64,000 nucleotides of DNA, from the NCBI GenBank assembly GCA_040225955.1, contig JBECUL010000004.1, forward strand, positions 1 to 64,000, written 5' to 3'. Origin of the DNA: Candidatus Asgardarchaeum abyssi. GTDB taxonomy: Archaea; Asgardarchaeota; Asgardarchaeia; Asgardarchaeales; Asgardarchaeaceae. Both the position numbers and the translations under genes were made by a program. Positions 1-10,381 of the stretch are shown in pieces (positions within the stretch are counted from its first letter, which is position 1; each line of letters starts with the position of its first letter). Below the pieces are notes generated by a model. The model saw nothing but the letters and a program-made list of their open reading frames with translations. It was not told the origin of the DNA and did not search any database.

Positions 1-269
1 TGTCCTTTCGGTGCTTTACTCCCACCACATTCGGACACTGCCTCAATACTCACAAATACTCATAAAATATTTAACTGCTTCGGAAGGCTACTGATTAAAT
101 AACAACTTGAGTTTTATTACTTCAAAATATGATATAAGATGTTTTTGGACTCTTAAACTTCATTTATTAATAATACCAACATTTTTTATAGTTCTAATTC
201 CAATATCATATCCAGTTAATAGTTAAAGTCATCTGGTATAGGTGTATATTGTGATTAGGGTGTATTTTT

Positions 270-1325
270 ATGTCGTCTATAGTCCCAAGTGAGCTTATGG
301 GCAAAGCGGTTTTCTCAAAGAAGAGGTTAAGCAAAACTTTTGAAGGAGAAATTGTAGACTATTTTAAGACTGCAGTGGGCCATGTTTTTGTAATAAAAAA
401 GAATGGCAATGAATTTTATATACCGTACACATTTATCTCAAAGGTTACCGATGATAGAGTAATATTAGCTAAAGGTGTTAAGCCATTCGCTAATAAATTC
501 TGGGAAGAGGACTTTACGAGCTTTGTTCCCTCGATACAACGTGTTCCAATCGGGAAAATATTGGGGGTCAAAAAAATAAATGGAGAGCCAGTACTTCTTA
601 TAGAGTTAAAATTTGCGCTTCCAAAGTTTATAGAAAAGGTATGGCATCAAATAAAACCACAGATCAAGAAACGTAAGCCTAATTATTTAAAGTTCATGGA
701 ATCAAAGGGATATTTATATCCTCTATGCTATCACCCCAGAGCGGTAGCAGAGGTTGCACAACACTATAATGTTAAAATCCCAGATGAGTTATTCACGAAA
801 CGGGTATATCTGCCGTTAAAAGAAGGAAAGATAATAACTAATCAACAGATAGATTTCCCCAAGAACCCAACGATTTTGAAATCCGAAATAGAAAAACCGA
901 CCTTCTACTCACTTGAGCCTCCTGAAATGGATATACCTACGTTTTTCAAGTTTCGTAATCTTGAGCCAAAGATTAATAAATTGAAGGAGAAGCTTCAGAA
1001 ATATGACTTCAAGATAAAGCAAAGAGACTATGAGATTGAGATAATGCTTGATAAATGGTATACCATGTATATTGAGCCTAAGAAAGTTGAAGATTTGCTT
1101 GTATGGCACATCAGATTTAGTGTTGACAAAAGGGCCCTTGCTGATACTATAAGAGGAATTGACTTAATGCCAGTATTATTATTTGGGCTTATAGGATTAA
1201 TGTATGCGATGAGTAAACAAGCTGGAAAGCTTCCTCCAGATAGACTTCTTGAGTTTCTTGATGATCCTCTAAAGTACGAACCTGCTCAAAAAGCATTGGA
1301 AATCGTTCGATCCACAATAAAGTAA
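270..1325 (+). CDS. Hypothetical protein with probable N-terminal PRC-barrel-like domain and C-terminal hydrophobic helix
   Basis: 351-aa ORF. N-terminus LMGKAVF...GEIVD...FYIPYTFISKVTDDRVIL resembles the PRC-barrel pattern; hydrophobic stretch LMPVLLFGLIGLMYAM near the C-terminus. Confidence 0.5.
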   Translation: MSSIVPSELMGKAVFSKKRLSKTFEGEIVDYFKTAVGHVFVIKKNGNEFYIPYTFISKVTDDRVILAKGVKPFANKFWEEDFTSFVPSIQRVPIGKILGVKKINGEPVLLIELKFALPKFIEKVWHQIKPQIKKRKPNYLKFMESKGYLYPLCYHPRAVAEVAQHYNVKIPDELFTKRVYLPLKEGKIITNQQIDFPKNPTILKSEIEKPTFYSLEPPEMDIPTFFKFRNLEPKINKLKEKLQKYDFKIKQRDYEIEIMLDKWYTMYIEPKKVEDLLVWHIRFSVDKRALADTIRGIDLMPVLLFGLIGLMYAMSKQAGKLPPDRLLEFLDDPLKYEPAQKALEIVRSTIK

Positions 1326-1327
1326 AA

Positions 1328-2614
1328 TTATGTACTTTCTTTCTTTTTTAGTTCTTCAAGGATCTCTTTTGCCCTGTCCATTCTTATTTTCCCTTCTCGA
1401 ACCATCCTTTCAGCAACAATATCTATCAACTCGCCCCTTGCACCGGCCATTATTGCTATGTTCTTTGCATGAAGAGACATATGCCCTCGCTGAATTCCCT
1501 CTGTTGCTAAAGCTCTTAAAGCAGCTAAGTTCTGTGCAAGACCCACGGCACCTATGATTTCTGCTAGCTCTTTAGCTGTCTTTACACCTAATATTTTAAG
1601 TGACAGTTTCGCTACTGGATGGACCTTTGTAGCTCCTCCTATGATGCCAACTGGCATAGGCATTTCTAAAGTCCCGATTAGGTCGCCTTTCTCGTCTTTT
1701 TCCCATACAGTTAGAGGTTCATACTTACCAAATCTTGCGGCATATGCATGAGCTCCAGCTTCAACAGCTCTCCAATCATTTCCAGTTGCAATTAAAACAG
1801 CATCAACGCCATTCATTATACCCTTATTATGAGTTGCAGCTCTGTATGGATCCGCTGCTGCAAACGCATACGCTTCAATTATTCCGTCTACTACATCTTC
1901 GCCGCCTATTACATCTTTTGGTATAGTAACTTTAGATCTTACAAGCCTTTTATCTGCTAGGTTAGATATTATCCTTAAATACACACGACCACCAGTTATT
2001 CTTTCTATATACGGAGCAACAGCCTCTGCCATAGTATTTACAGCATTTGCTCCCATAGCGTCCTTTACATCAACTAAAAGGTGGACTATCACCATTGGTC
2101 CAGTGATTGCTTGAATCACTCTAACCTCTAAGTCTTTTGCACCACCACCAAGTTTTACGAGTATGGGATCTTTTTCATTGGCAATATCTAATATCTTTTC
2201 CTTTTCAGATAAAATTTCAATCTTCGCTCCGTAAGGATCTCGCACCCTAGTTACCTGCACTTGACCAATCATTATAGAATCGGTTGCAATAGAGATTATT
2301 CCTTTTCCATTTCTACAAAAGCGAGCTGCGTTGCTGGCAGCCGCAACAACGGATGTCTCTTCAATAGCCATCGGTATGAGATACTCTTTTCCATTAATTA
2401 AAAAGTTGGTGGCTATACCAAGCGGGAGAGGCATTGTACCAACAACATTTTCTATCATACGATCAGCAATTTCAATATCTAAAGCGCCCGTTTTTTCCAA
2501 AAGTTGAATCTCCTCGTCTGTCAAATCTGCAAATTCTTTCAATATTTTTCTCCTTTCCTCTATTGGTAATTTATAAAATCCAGATATTCTAGAAGTTTTA
2601 CCCATATCGACCAT
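1328..2614 (-). CDS. mvaA: Hydroxymethylglutaryl-CoA reductase, class II
   Basis: ENVVG, EETSVVAA, DAMGAN, THNKGIMNG, GNDWRAVEAG and GIQRGHMSLH motifs of class II HMGR. Confidence 0.95.
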   Translation of the reverse strand: MVDMGKTSRISGFYKLPIEERRKILKEFADLTDEEIQLLEKTGALDIEIADRMIENVVGTMPLPLGIATNFLINGKEYLIPMAIEETSVVAAASNAARFCRNGKGIISIATDSIMIGQVQVTRVRDPYGAKIEILSEKEKILDIANEKDPILVKLGGGAKDLEVRVIQAITGPMVIVHLLVDVKDAMGANAVNTMAEAVAPYIERITGGRVYLRIISNLADKRLVRSKVTIPKDVIGGEDVVDGIIEAYAFAAADPYRAATHNKGIMNGVDAVLIATGNDWRAVEAGAHAYAARFGKYEPLTVWEKDEKGDLIGTLEMPMPVGIIGGATKVHPVAKLSLKILGVKTAKELAEIIGAVGLAQNLAALRALATEGIQRGHMSLHAKNIAIMAGARGELIDIVAERMVREGKIRMDRAKEILEELKKKEST

Positions 2615-2656
2615 CTCCTTGTTTTTAAAATAACAATCCTAAACGTGAAAAACGAA

Positions 2657-3661
2657 TTAAATATATTCAGCATCAATACCTCTATTTTTCAAAAACCTTG
2701 CAAGATATCTACCATTGCTTGTAAAGGCATAAACCTTCTTGGCTCGTGTTTCGTCTATGAAAGTTAGCAATCGAGGAAAGTCGGCGTGCCCACTAAGCGG
2801 TATACCAAATTTCATTCTTACAGCCCAGCCAGTAAGTGGAAAAACTTTAAGCCTGTTTATTATTTGTTTTCCTTCATGACCAAAAAATGCTTGCAGTTTT
2901 CTCTTAAGAGCACCAACATTTGAAGTAACTATAACAGCGTCACTACTAAGTAAGACATTAGGATTAGCCTTTCTTATGTTCTTAGCATTGAGCTTTACTC
3001 CAAACTTGTCATAAACTTGATTTATCTTTTCAGTGCTGTCATCACCTATAAAAACAGGAATTTTTAGCCTTTGGAATATGGCCACCGCTTCTTGAGCTTT
3101 TCCCAGTGAATACCCTTGAAAGACAGGTATCTTCCCAGATGATAGGGCTTTCAAAGCCTCAGTAATCATCCGACTGTAAAGCTCTTTTCTTGGAGGAAAT
3201 ACATAATCAGGTTTACCGTATGTTGAGTCAACTATTAAAACGTCAGCTTCTATAGGTTTTGCACCCTTGTATATTATGCTGTCTTCATTATTAAAGTCAC
3301 CAGTGTATAGAATGCTATAATTCGCATATTCTATTAGGAACTGCAAAGATCCCAGAACATGTCCAGCATCAAAAGCAGTTATGTATATGCCATCTACTTC
3401 GAGTTGTTTTCCTGGTTTTAGTGATATGTACCTTTTGATTTTAGTGCTTTTTCTTATTGAGTACAAGTTTACAGTTTCTTCGCTGGCTATTGTTAGTTTA
3501 CTTTCATTCCTGCCAACAATATGATCTGTATGAGCATGGCTTATTAGATTAATCTCTGCACTACCATTATCAAGCCCTATTTTTACCCGACCAAGGTTCA
3601 GAAGTATACCACTTCGCGCCCTATGCACTTTTAGCATACTAATCCATCCATGGATATACAT
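2657..3661 (-). CDS. Metallo-beta-lactamase/beta-CASP family nuclease
   Basis: SHAHTDH, AGHVLGS, YTGDF, DSTYG, YSLGKAQE, LSGHADF. Start may be the ATG at 3637. Confidence 0.85.
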   Translation of the reverse strand: MYIHGWISMLKVHRARSGILLNLGRVKIGLDNGSAEINLISHAHTDHIVGRNESKLTIASEETVNLYSIRKSTKIKRYISLKPGKQLEVDGIYITAFDAGHVLGSLQFLIEYANYSILYTGDFNNEDSIIYKGAKPIEADVLIVDSTYGKPDYVFPPRKELYSRMITEALKALSSGKIPVFQGYSLGKAQEAVAIFQRLKIPVFIGDDSTEKINQVYDKFGVKLNAKNIRKANPNVLLSSDAVIVTSNVGALKRKLQAFFGHEGKQIINRLKVFPLTGWAVRMKFGIPLSGHADFPRLLTFIDETRAKKVYAFTSNGRYLARFLKNRGIDAEYI

Positions 3662-3679
3662 AGAATAGATATTAGATGT

Positions 3680-4963
3680 TCAATAATTTTTCGATAAATC
3701 AAGTATTGAATAATCACTAAATAACTTTAATTTTATCATAGAAAGAGTGTACTTTACTGCATCGATTGCTGTAGGGAACCTTGGAGGGACTTTTGCATAG
3801 TACCTATTATCCTTTATTATTATTTCATGTTCTTTGTGCTTCTCTTTAAATCGCTCGACTGCTTGTTTTAGTTTGATTGGAGGTCCGACAAGCAAGTCAT
3901 ATTCCTTTGAAAAAGGATTCACTTTTAGATATAATTGTGGTGGATCATGAAGAATGTAAAGATCCTCGATCACATATTCCCATTTTATCAGATTTCTGTA
4001 AAGATTATTCGCTGCACGACCAATGCTTGTTATTATATTTTCTTTAAGGGCTTTTTCTACAGACTTTATCTTGAACTTAACCATGATGTTTCCTGTGGGA
4101 CGTATTGGCTCAAATAGTTTCTTTGGTTCCTTTAAGCCAAGTTCTGTTGATTTAATAAACCTTTTAAGGTAAATTTCGCCAACAAAACCTTGTATTCCTG
4201 CGGCAGCGTTTCGATCTGGATCTGTCGGGTCAATAATAATTATTTTATCATGTGGAAATTTTGCCCTTATCTCATCTTCACTAAATCTTCCGAGGAGATC
4301 TATTTTTAAGTTCACAACATTTTTGGCATTATGTAATACGTTTAAGAATTTTTTATAGTATATTATAAGGAGCTCACAAAGCCACCCTGTAAAGCCAAAA
4401 ATCCCATAGATTCTTTTTTGTTTCATGAAGTATTTAAGAAGTCTGACCTCGTCTTTCATAGATTCTGTAAGATTTTTCTGGGCATATTCTGTATGGAAGG
4501 GGGTCCTAGCCATACCACTTATCTTTAATGCCTTTTTTAATTCTTCATAATTGCTTGCAAAAGCAATTGGAACAATATCAGCCTCTATAATTTTTCCATT
4601 CTCTTGAATAAACAACCGTGTGTACGGGTTCTCAGCATATGCAATTTGATATTTACAATTACCAATTTTCTTAGATATACATTCTGCTGTTAAATAGGTA
4701 AATTTCTCTAAAGTCTTCTTGGTGTTGGTCTCTATTTGTACAAAAATGTCTAAATCCGTATCTCCAGAAAGGAAGGTATCCTTTGCTACACTTCCCCCTT
4801 CTACTACACGACGCATATTAAAGGATGAGGAACAAGATATTATTGCGTCTTTTATCCTACTAAAAGTATCTAGTAGTAATTCTCTTTCTTCACGACTGGG
4901 TTTTATTCTACTAAGTGTGTCTCTTATGACGATATCTAAAGTACTTTCTGGCATCAATAACAC
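3680..4963 (-). CDS. cca: Class I (archaeal) CCA tRNA nucleotidyltransferase, divergent
   Basis: GSVAKDT..GDTDLDIF, YAENPY, RTPFH, DEVRLLK, LCELLI, DPTDPDRNAAA, C-terminal GPP tail domain. Confidence 0.88.
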   Translation of the reverse strand: MLLMPESTLDIVIRDTLSRIKPSREERELLLDTFSRIKDAIISCSSSFNMRRVVEGGSVAKDTFLSGDTDLDIFVQIETNTKKTLEKFTYLTAECISKKIGNCKYQIAYAENPYTRLFIQENGKIIEADIVPIAFASNYEELKKALKISGMARTPFHTEYAQKNLTESMKDEVRLLKYFMKQKRIYGIFGFTGWLCELLIIYYKKFLNVLHNAKNVVNLKIDLLGRFSEDEIRAKFPHDKIIIIDPTDPDRNAAAGIQGFVGEIYLKRFIKSTELGLKEPKKLFEPIRPTGNIMVKFKIKSVEKALKENIITSIGRAANNLYRNLIKWEYVIEDLYILHDPPQLYLKVNPFSKEYDLLVGPPIKLKQAVERFKEKHKEHEIIIKDNRYYAKVPPRFPTAIDAVKYTLSMIKLKLFSDYSILDLSKNY

Positions 4964-4966
4964 CTA

Positions 4967-7696
4967 TTATGAACCTTCCTTACCTCTCGTTATCGATACA
5001 ACAGAGGTATCTTCAATTTTTTCAACTTGTATTAATGTATCAGCTATTTCTTTTAATTCTTCATCATGAGATACTATAATTACCTGCGGTATTACTGAAA
5101 GTTTTCTTAGAACGTCAATTAACTCTTCTCTCCTTTCAGCATCTAGATGTATTGTTGGTTCATCGAGCATTAGCATCTCCATTGTCTGGCCAGCAAGAGT
5201 TTTTGCTATAGCGAGACGAAGTGCTAATGCCACAGCAATTCTTTCTCCACCACTAATTCCACTAATTGATTGCTCAAAACCAGGGCCATACAGTGTTATA
5301 TTATAATCTTGATCTAACTTGATATCCGAAAAAGATAAATTGAACGTTTGAAAGATGTCTCTGGCATTTTCTTCTATTAGAGGAAGAGAAATACTTCTTA
5401 TAATCGCTTGTATACCATCCTTACCATAAAAGTCTCTCACTTCTTTAAGAAAGAGCAAATATTTTTCAAGCTTTTGTAACCTCTTTTTACTTTTTTCAAT
5501 ATCTTTTAATTTCTCTTGATTTTCTTCAAGCTCCTTTTTCATGTCTTTAATTTTCTGTTTAAGAGCAGCAACCTCTTCTTGTAGACCACTTTTCTCACTT
5601 ATTAGAGATTCTATTTTCTTCTTAATACTTTCATGTTTTTCTTCATCATAACCTAAGGCTTTGACTTCTTCCCTTAATCTTAGTAAATCACTTGTGTGTT
5701 TCTCTTCCTCACTTTTCAAACTACGAAGGGTATTTTCTATATCGGACTTTTGAGAAATAGCTCCTTTGAGCTCATTATACTCTTTTACAAGCTCATTTAC
5801 TTCATCTAATTTACTATCTACCTCTTCTATTCCTATACCCATTTTATTTAATAACTGGTTAAGTTTGAAATTTAAGACTCTTCGTTCTTCCTCTAATTTT
5901 GTTTTCTTACCTAATAACTCATCAATATTATGAGCCTCAATATATCCCTTTGCAGCAATGTATTTTTTGTACATGGGCTCTACTTTTTCTTTCTCTTTTT
6001 TCAATCTTTCAATTTCCTTCTCGATCTTTAATAAATCTTTAAGTTTGTCTTGTAATTCAGGTAACTTTTTCTCATATTCAGTTAATCTTTTAATAGTTTC
6101 CTCTTTCTCAGATATTAGTAAGTCTATCTCTCTCTCAGGAAAAGTTGTGTCATAAAGTTCTTTAAGTTTCTTGGTTTTAGCGTGCTCCTTCTCTAACTCA
6201 TTTAGCTTTCCTCTTATTACTTTTATTTTTGAATCTATTTTTCTTAACTCATTTGAGTACCTATCAACAAGTTCATAGTGATGCTCAGGTGTGAGTCTAG
6301 ATCCGCATAACGGGCATCTATCTCTTGCATGTTTTATTTTATTAAACATATCATTAACTTCACTTCTTTTTCCTTCTAAGCTATCCAGTTCAGATTTATT
6401 CTCTTCAATAGAATTGCTAAGGTTTTCAATAGACCTCTCTATCTCATCCAGTTTCTCTCTCAAAGATTTCTTAACCTCATAAATAGTTTCGCCCTTTAAT
6501 CCTAGCTCGGTAGCCTTTTTCATAAATTCATTCTCTTTATCTTCTATCTGTTTTCTCTTTTCTCTGAGCTTTTTTATCTCATCAGATGTTGTCCTTAAGA
6601 TGCCTCTAACTTCAGAGAATTCATCTTTTTCCCTTTCCAACAGTTGAATCTTTCGCTCTATGTCTTCAAAAAGTTCAAAATGGTCCTTAGTTTCCTCATA
6701 TTCTTTTTCCATTTTTTTGAACTCGTCAACTTTCTCATTTACACCTTTGAGTTCTGTATCAAGAACATTAAGTCTATTTCTCAAGTCTTTTGCTCTATTC
6801 AAATTATTTTGGAATTCTTGGACCCATTCTAGCTCATGCAATCGCTTCTCTTTATTTTCGATCTCTTTTAACTTCTTTTCATTCTCCTCAATCAGTTTCC
6901 TATCTCTTTCCAACAAATCCTCATAATGCTCTATCTTTTTAGAAAGCTCTGCATATTTAACTTGCTTTTTATCTAATTCGTTTTTCTCTTTCTCAGCCTC
7001 TTCTAACTCCTTGCTGATGATATTAAGCTTTTTCGTTTTCTCTTCTAATTCCTTATTGCTGCTTTCAATCTCTTTACTAAGCTGCTCGATCTTATTTTTG
7101 ATTTCACCCTCGAGATCTATTTGGGTTTTCAATTTCTCAACTTTAATCTCAAACTCGTGAATTATATCTCTCATTCTATTCCATGCATTTTCAAAATTGT
7201 CTATTTGAAGCAACTTCGAAATTAGAGCCTTTCTCTTAGCCGGAGTTTCCTTTACTAGAGCATCTATCTCCCCCTGCCTAATGAAAATTGAGTTTATAAA
7301 GAGAGATTTGTCAATACCTAATATTTTTCCTATTTCTTCGGAGACCTGTTGATCCTTCCGAGTTATTCTGTTGATAATATTTCCCTTCTCATCAATTTCA
7401 TAAAGACCCGCGTCAATTTGATTGCCTCTTCTTTCTCTGAAAATTCTATAGTATTTCCCTTCATTTATGATATCTACCTCGACTCTCATAAAGCGTCTTC
7501 CATGCTTTATCAGATCATCAATCGTGCCACGCGTATGTTCTTTGAACAAAGCAAAGCTGATGGCCTCCAGAATGCTTGTTTTTCCAGCACCATTTAGACC
7601 TGTAATAAGTGTGATACCCGGATGAAACTCGATCTCGGTATTCTCATGAGATAAGAAGTTTTGTATTTTCACTCTTTTTATGATCATGGCTTCCAC
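4967..7696 (-). CDS. rad50: DNA double-strand break repair ATPase Rad50
   Basis: Walker A GLNGAGKTS, Q-loop FIRQGE, long coiled coils with central zinc hook CPLC, signature ISGGE, Walker B LDEPT, SH. Confidence 0.96.
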   Translation of the reverse strand: MEAMIIKRVKIQNFLSHENTEIEFHPGITLITGLNGAGKTSILEAISFALFKEHTRGTIDDLIKHGRRFMRVEVDIINEGKYYRIFRERRGNQIDAGLYEIDEKGNIINRITRKDQQVSEEIGKILGIDKSLFINSIFIRQGEIDALVKETPAKRKALISKLLQIDNFENAWNRMRDIIHEFEIKVEKLKTQIDLEGEIKNKIEQLSKEIESSNKELEEKTKKLNIISKELEEAEKEKNELDKKQVKYAELSKKIEHYEDLLERDRKLIEENEKKLKEIENKEKRLHELEWVQEFQNNLNRAKDLRNRLNVLDTELKGVNEKVDEFKKMEKEYEETKDHFELFEDIERKIQLLEREKDEFSEVRGILRTTSDEIKKLREKRKQIEDKENEFMKKATELGLKGETIYEVKKSLREKLDEIERSIENLSNSIEENKSELDSLEGKRSEVNDMFNKIKHARDRCPLCGSRLTPEHHYELVDRYSNELRKIDSKIKVIRGKLNELEKEHAKTKKLKELYDTTFPEREIDLLISEKEETIKRLTEYEKKLPELQDKLKDLLKIEKEIERLKKEKEKVEPMYKKYIAAKGYIEAHNIDELLGKKTKLEEERRVLNFKLNQLLNKMGIGIEEVDSKLDEVNELVKEYNELKGAISQKSDIENTLRSLKSEEEKHTSDLLRLREEVKALGYDEEKHESIKKKIESLISEKSGLQEEVAALKQKIKDMKKELEENQEKLKDIEKSKKRLQKLEKYLLFLKEVRDFYGKDGIQAIIRSISLPLIEENARDIFQTFNLSFSDIKLDQDYNITLYGPGFEQSISGISGGERIAVALALRLAIAKTLAGQTMEMLMLDEPTIHLDAERREELIDVLRKLSVIPQVIIVSHDEELKEIADTLIQVEKIEDTSVVSITRGKEGS

Positions 7697-8841
7697 CTTT
7701 GCTCAAAAAAGTACTCAGCAAATTTTTTTGCCCCATCAATATTTTCATGAGCCAATTTTTTGAACAACTCATACGCGAATTCTGCAAGATTTTCGTCTTT
7801 GAAATGCTCGTTGAATAACCTTTTTAGATCTATTTTCATTAATTCATAACCTTCGATGGCTATCTCTTTTGCTAAAACTTTGAAATCAACTCTCGTTAAT
7901 AGTGTAATCTTTCTCAACTCCTTTGAGATCAATGAGTTATAATACGGAAATTCCTTTATTGAATTCCCAACTAATGTAACCCTTATGACTGGCTTTTTAG
8001 AGTTGCTATTTGAAAGGACCTTAACCTTCGAAACTATTTCTTTAAACTTTCTGTCAAAATCTTCAGTCTCTATAGAGAAACTATCAAAGGGTCTTGTGGA
8101 TTCCAAATTTATGCTCTGAACCTCGGGTTCCCCTTTTGAAAAATCAACCAAATAAAATCCTTTCTTTTTTTCTTTATAGTCTGGAATCTCATCCATTCTC
8201 CAAATATCTGTGGAGCCTGCGTAAGCAATAATACCTTCACCATAAGATTCTAAGATACGCCGATGTATATGTCCAAAAGCATAATAATTAAAGATTGTTG
8301 GTAGCTCCTCTAATCTTAGTTCAAATGCGCCGGGAAAGGGTAAATATCTATCTAAGGCTTGGTGAATAATTAAAATACGTTTGGAGTAAGATTCTGCTTC
8401 AGTTGAAATTATCTTTAGATCTTCCTTTAGAGCATTTACATAAAACTTTGGATGATAGACAACTCCTCCTATAAAAACATCATTATGCTTTACGTATTTT
8501 ATTTTTCTACCAAGTAACACAAAGTTGTCAAAGATAGTAAAAACTGTTTGGGGGGGCATTGCACCCTTTCGATATACTAAGTCATGATTTCCAGGAATTG
8601 CGTAAAATTTTATATTCGCGTCTCTTAGTCTCATAATGGCTTCTTGTGCCACCTTTAATGCTCTTGGATAAGGCCTATTACTCTCAAAAAGATCGCCAGA
8701 ATGAATGACAAAATCAACATGCTCCTTTATTATTTTATCTATCGCTTCATTAAATGACTCATAAAAATCGTTCTCTCGAGACTCATTGTTAAACTGCCTA
8801 TATCCCAAATGAGTATCAGAGATATGAGCAAATTGAACCAT
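7684..8841 (-). CDS. mre11: DNA repair exonuclease Mre11
   Basis: SDTHLG, SGDLF, GNHD, GHIH, YAGS phosphoesterase motifs, between herA and rad50. Start set at ATG 8841, 1 nt after the herA stop. Confidence 0.95.
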   Translation of the reverse strand: MVQFAHISDTHLGYRQFNNESRENDFYESFNEAIDKIIKEHVDFVIHSGDLFESNRPYPRALKVAQEAIMRLRDANIKFYAIPGNHDLVYRKGAMPPQTVFTIFDNFVLLGRKIKYVKHNDVFIGGVVYHPKFYVNALKEDLKIISTEAESYSKRILIIHQALDRYLPFPGAFELRLEELPTIFNYYAFGHIHRRILESYGEGIIAYAGSTDIWRMDEIPDYKEKKKGFYLVDFSKGEPEVQSINLESTRPFDSFSIETEDFDRKFKEIVSKVKVLSNSNSKKPVIRVTLVGNSIKEFPYYNSLISKELRKITLLTRVDFKVLAKEIAIEGYELMKIDLKRLFNEHFKDENLAEFAYELFKKLAHENIDGAKKFAEYFFEQRWKP

Positions 8842-8842
8842 C

Positions 8843-10381
8843 TTACCAGTCCCCACACCCTAAAATTTCATCTCTTTCTACTATTTCATCTTTGCGCTTC
8901 TTTTCCTCCTCCTCTAATGCCTTTTTCCACTCTCCAACAATGTCTATATCTTGCCCTATGGATTTACCTTTAAACTCATCAATTTTTACCAGCGCGGGTA
9001 TTTTAGTCATCATGCCTAAAACTATAGCTTCTCCAGGATTTAGTGATGCCAAATAGTCCATTAAGTCTTTAGTGAGCACTTCACTAGCTTTTTGAACATG
9101 TTGCTGATCGGTGGGTTCTACAAGCTTTAAAATTATCATGTTATTTACCTGTGATAACGTATTAGCATCAATAGCTTTAGGTCTTTGACTTACTAGACAT
9201 AGACCTATACCAAATTTCCTTCCTTCTCTTGCAATACGTGAAATCCAATACTTTGATAATGTTGTTCTATCTCCGGGAGCAAGAATATGAGCCTCCTCAA
9301 TTACTACAAATATTGGATATGGAAATCCTTCACGGAATCTTTTGTACCTTTTTCTTTCACTTAATAATCTTCTTAATACATGACTAACTATCACATCGGT
9401 GAAATCCTCATCGACCGAGCCAAGATCTATCACATTCGCCTCTCCTAAATGAATGACATTTAGATAGTCCGCTGCTTTTTCATCTATGATATGCTTGTAT
9501 TTTTCTGTCAGATCATCTAACTTATTGAGAACCGCAGCCACAGCACTTCTGTCTTGGCTTGCAAGTTTTTTACTTTTCTTATCTTCACCACTCTCAAGCA
9601 ACGCTTGAAGGTATAGCTTCATTTCTTCAATTAATGGTTTCTTTAACTTATTCTTCTGCATAAGTTCTTTTACATGAGAATACGCCTTTCTTAGGTATCT
9701 TAACTGAATAAAAGCGTTTGATGGAATATTCATTAATATTTCTAATTCCGGCAGAGAAAGAAGCCTAGGATTAAGAGAAGGTCTTATTTTATTGACTCGC
9801 CCATTTTCGAATCTTGCAGTGACATATTCAGAGTGCATGTCAAAAATGAGAACACAACCACCGATTTTCAGTAGCTGATCTACAATAATTGCAACAGTAT
9901 TTGACTTTCCAGCGCCAGTTACGGCTAAAATTGCTAAATGACGCGATATCATTTTATTTGCATCAATGTAAACCTCAACATCAGGGTGAGATATTAATCG
10001 ACCTATCTTTATGCCAGTTTTTTCATTCCAGAAAATTTTTCCTAAAATATCTCTTGTAGCTTTATGTATAATGGTTCCTGGAGGAGGAGGGACCTTTGGG
10101 ATTTCGAGATTTTCTACATCACCAAGTATCCTAACAACGCCTCTTATATAATAGTCTTCACCTTCTATTGCTTTTATTCTCTCTATAATTTCGGGATCGT
10201 AAATATCACTTGAAATCGCAATATTTCCTCTCACTAAAAATGTAACTAATCCTAGAACTTTTCTGCCATCAAATTCTATTACAACATACTCCCCCACTCT
10301 TGGCATCTTTTTAGAGATAAACGTAACATAGGAGGGTGTTGACTCACCAATACATCTTCCTACAATATCTTCCTCGCTCAT
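8843..10381 (-). CDS. herA: Bipolar DNA helicase/translocase HerA
   Basis: N-terminal HAS barrel, RHLAILAVTGAGKS, FDMHSEY, IEEAH, AREGRKFG, SQRP. Confidence 0.95.
   Translation of the reverse strand: MSEEDIVGRCIGESTPSYVTFISKKMPRVGEYVVIEFDGRKVLGLVTFLVRGNIAISSDIYDPEIIERIKAIEGEDYYIRGVVRILGDVENLEIPKVPPPPGTIIHKATRDILGKIFWNEKTGIKIGRLISHPDVEVYIDANKMISRHLAILAVTGAGKSNTVAIIVDQLLKIGGCVLIFDMHSEYVTARFENGRVNKIRPSLNPRLLSLPELEILMNIPSNAFIQLRYLRKAYSHVKELMQKNKLKKPLIEEMKLYLQALLESGEDKKSKKLASQDRSAVAAVLNKLDDLTEKYKHIIDEKAADYLNVIHLGEANVIDLGSVDEDFTDVIVSHVLRRLLSERKRYKRFREGFPYPIFVVIEEAHILAPGDRTTLSKYWISRIAREGRKFGIGLCLVSQRPKAIDANTLSQVNNMIILKLVEPTDQQHVQKASEVLTKDLMDYLASLNPGEAIVLGMMTKIPALVKIDEFKGKSIGQDIDIVGEWKKALEEEEKKRKDEIVERDEILGCGDW

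Noticed and set aside
1-63. Possible 5' end of a minus-strand gene running off the window
   Set aside because: The ATG at 63 hits a stop after 6 codons; other frames are too short to assign
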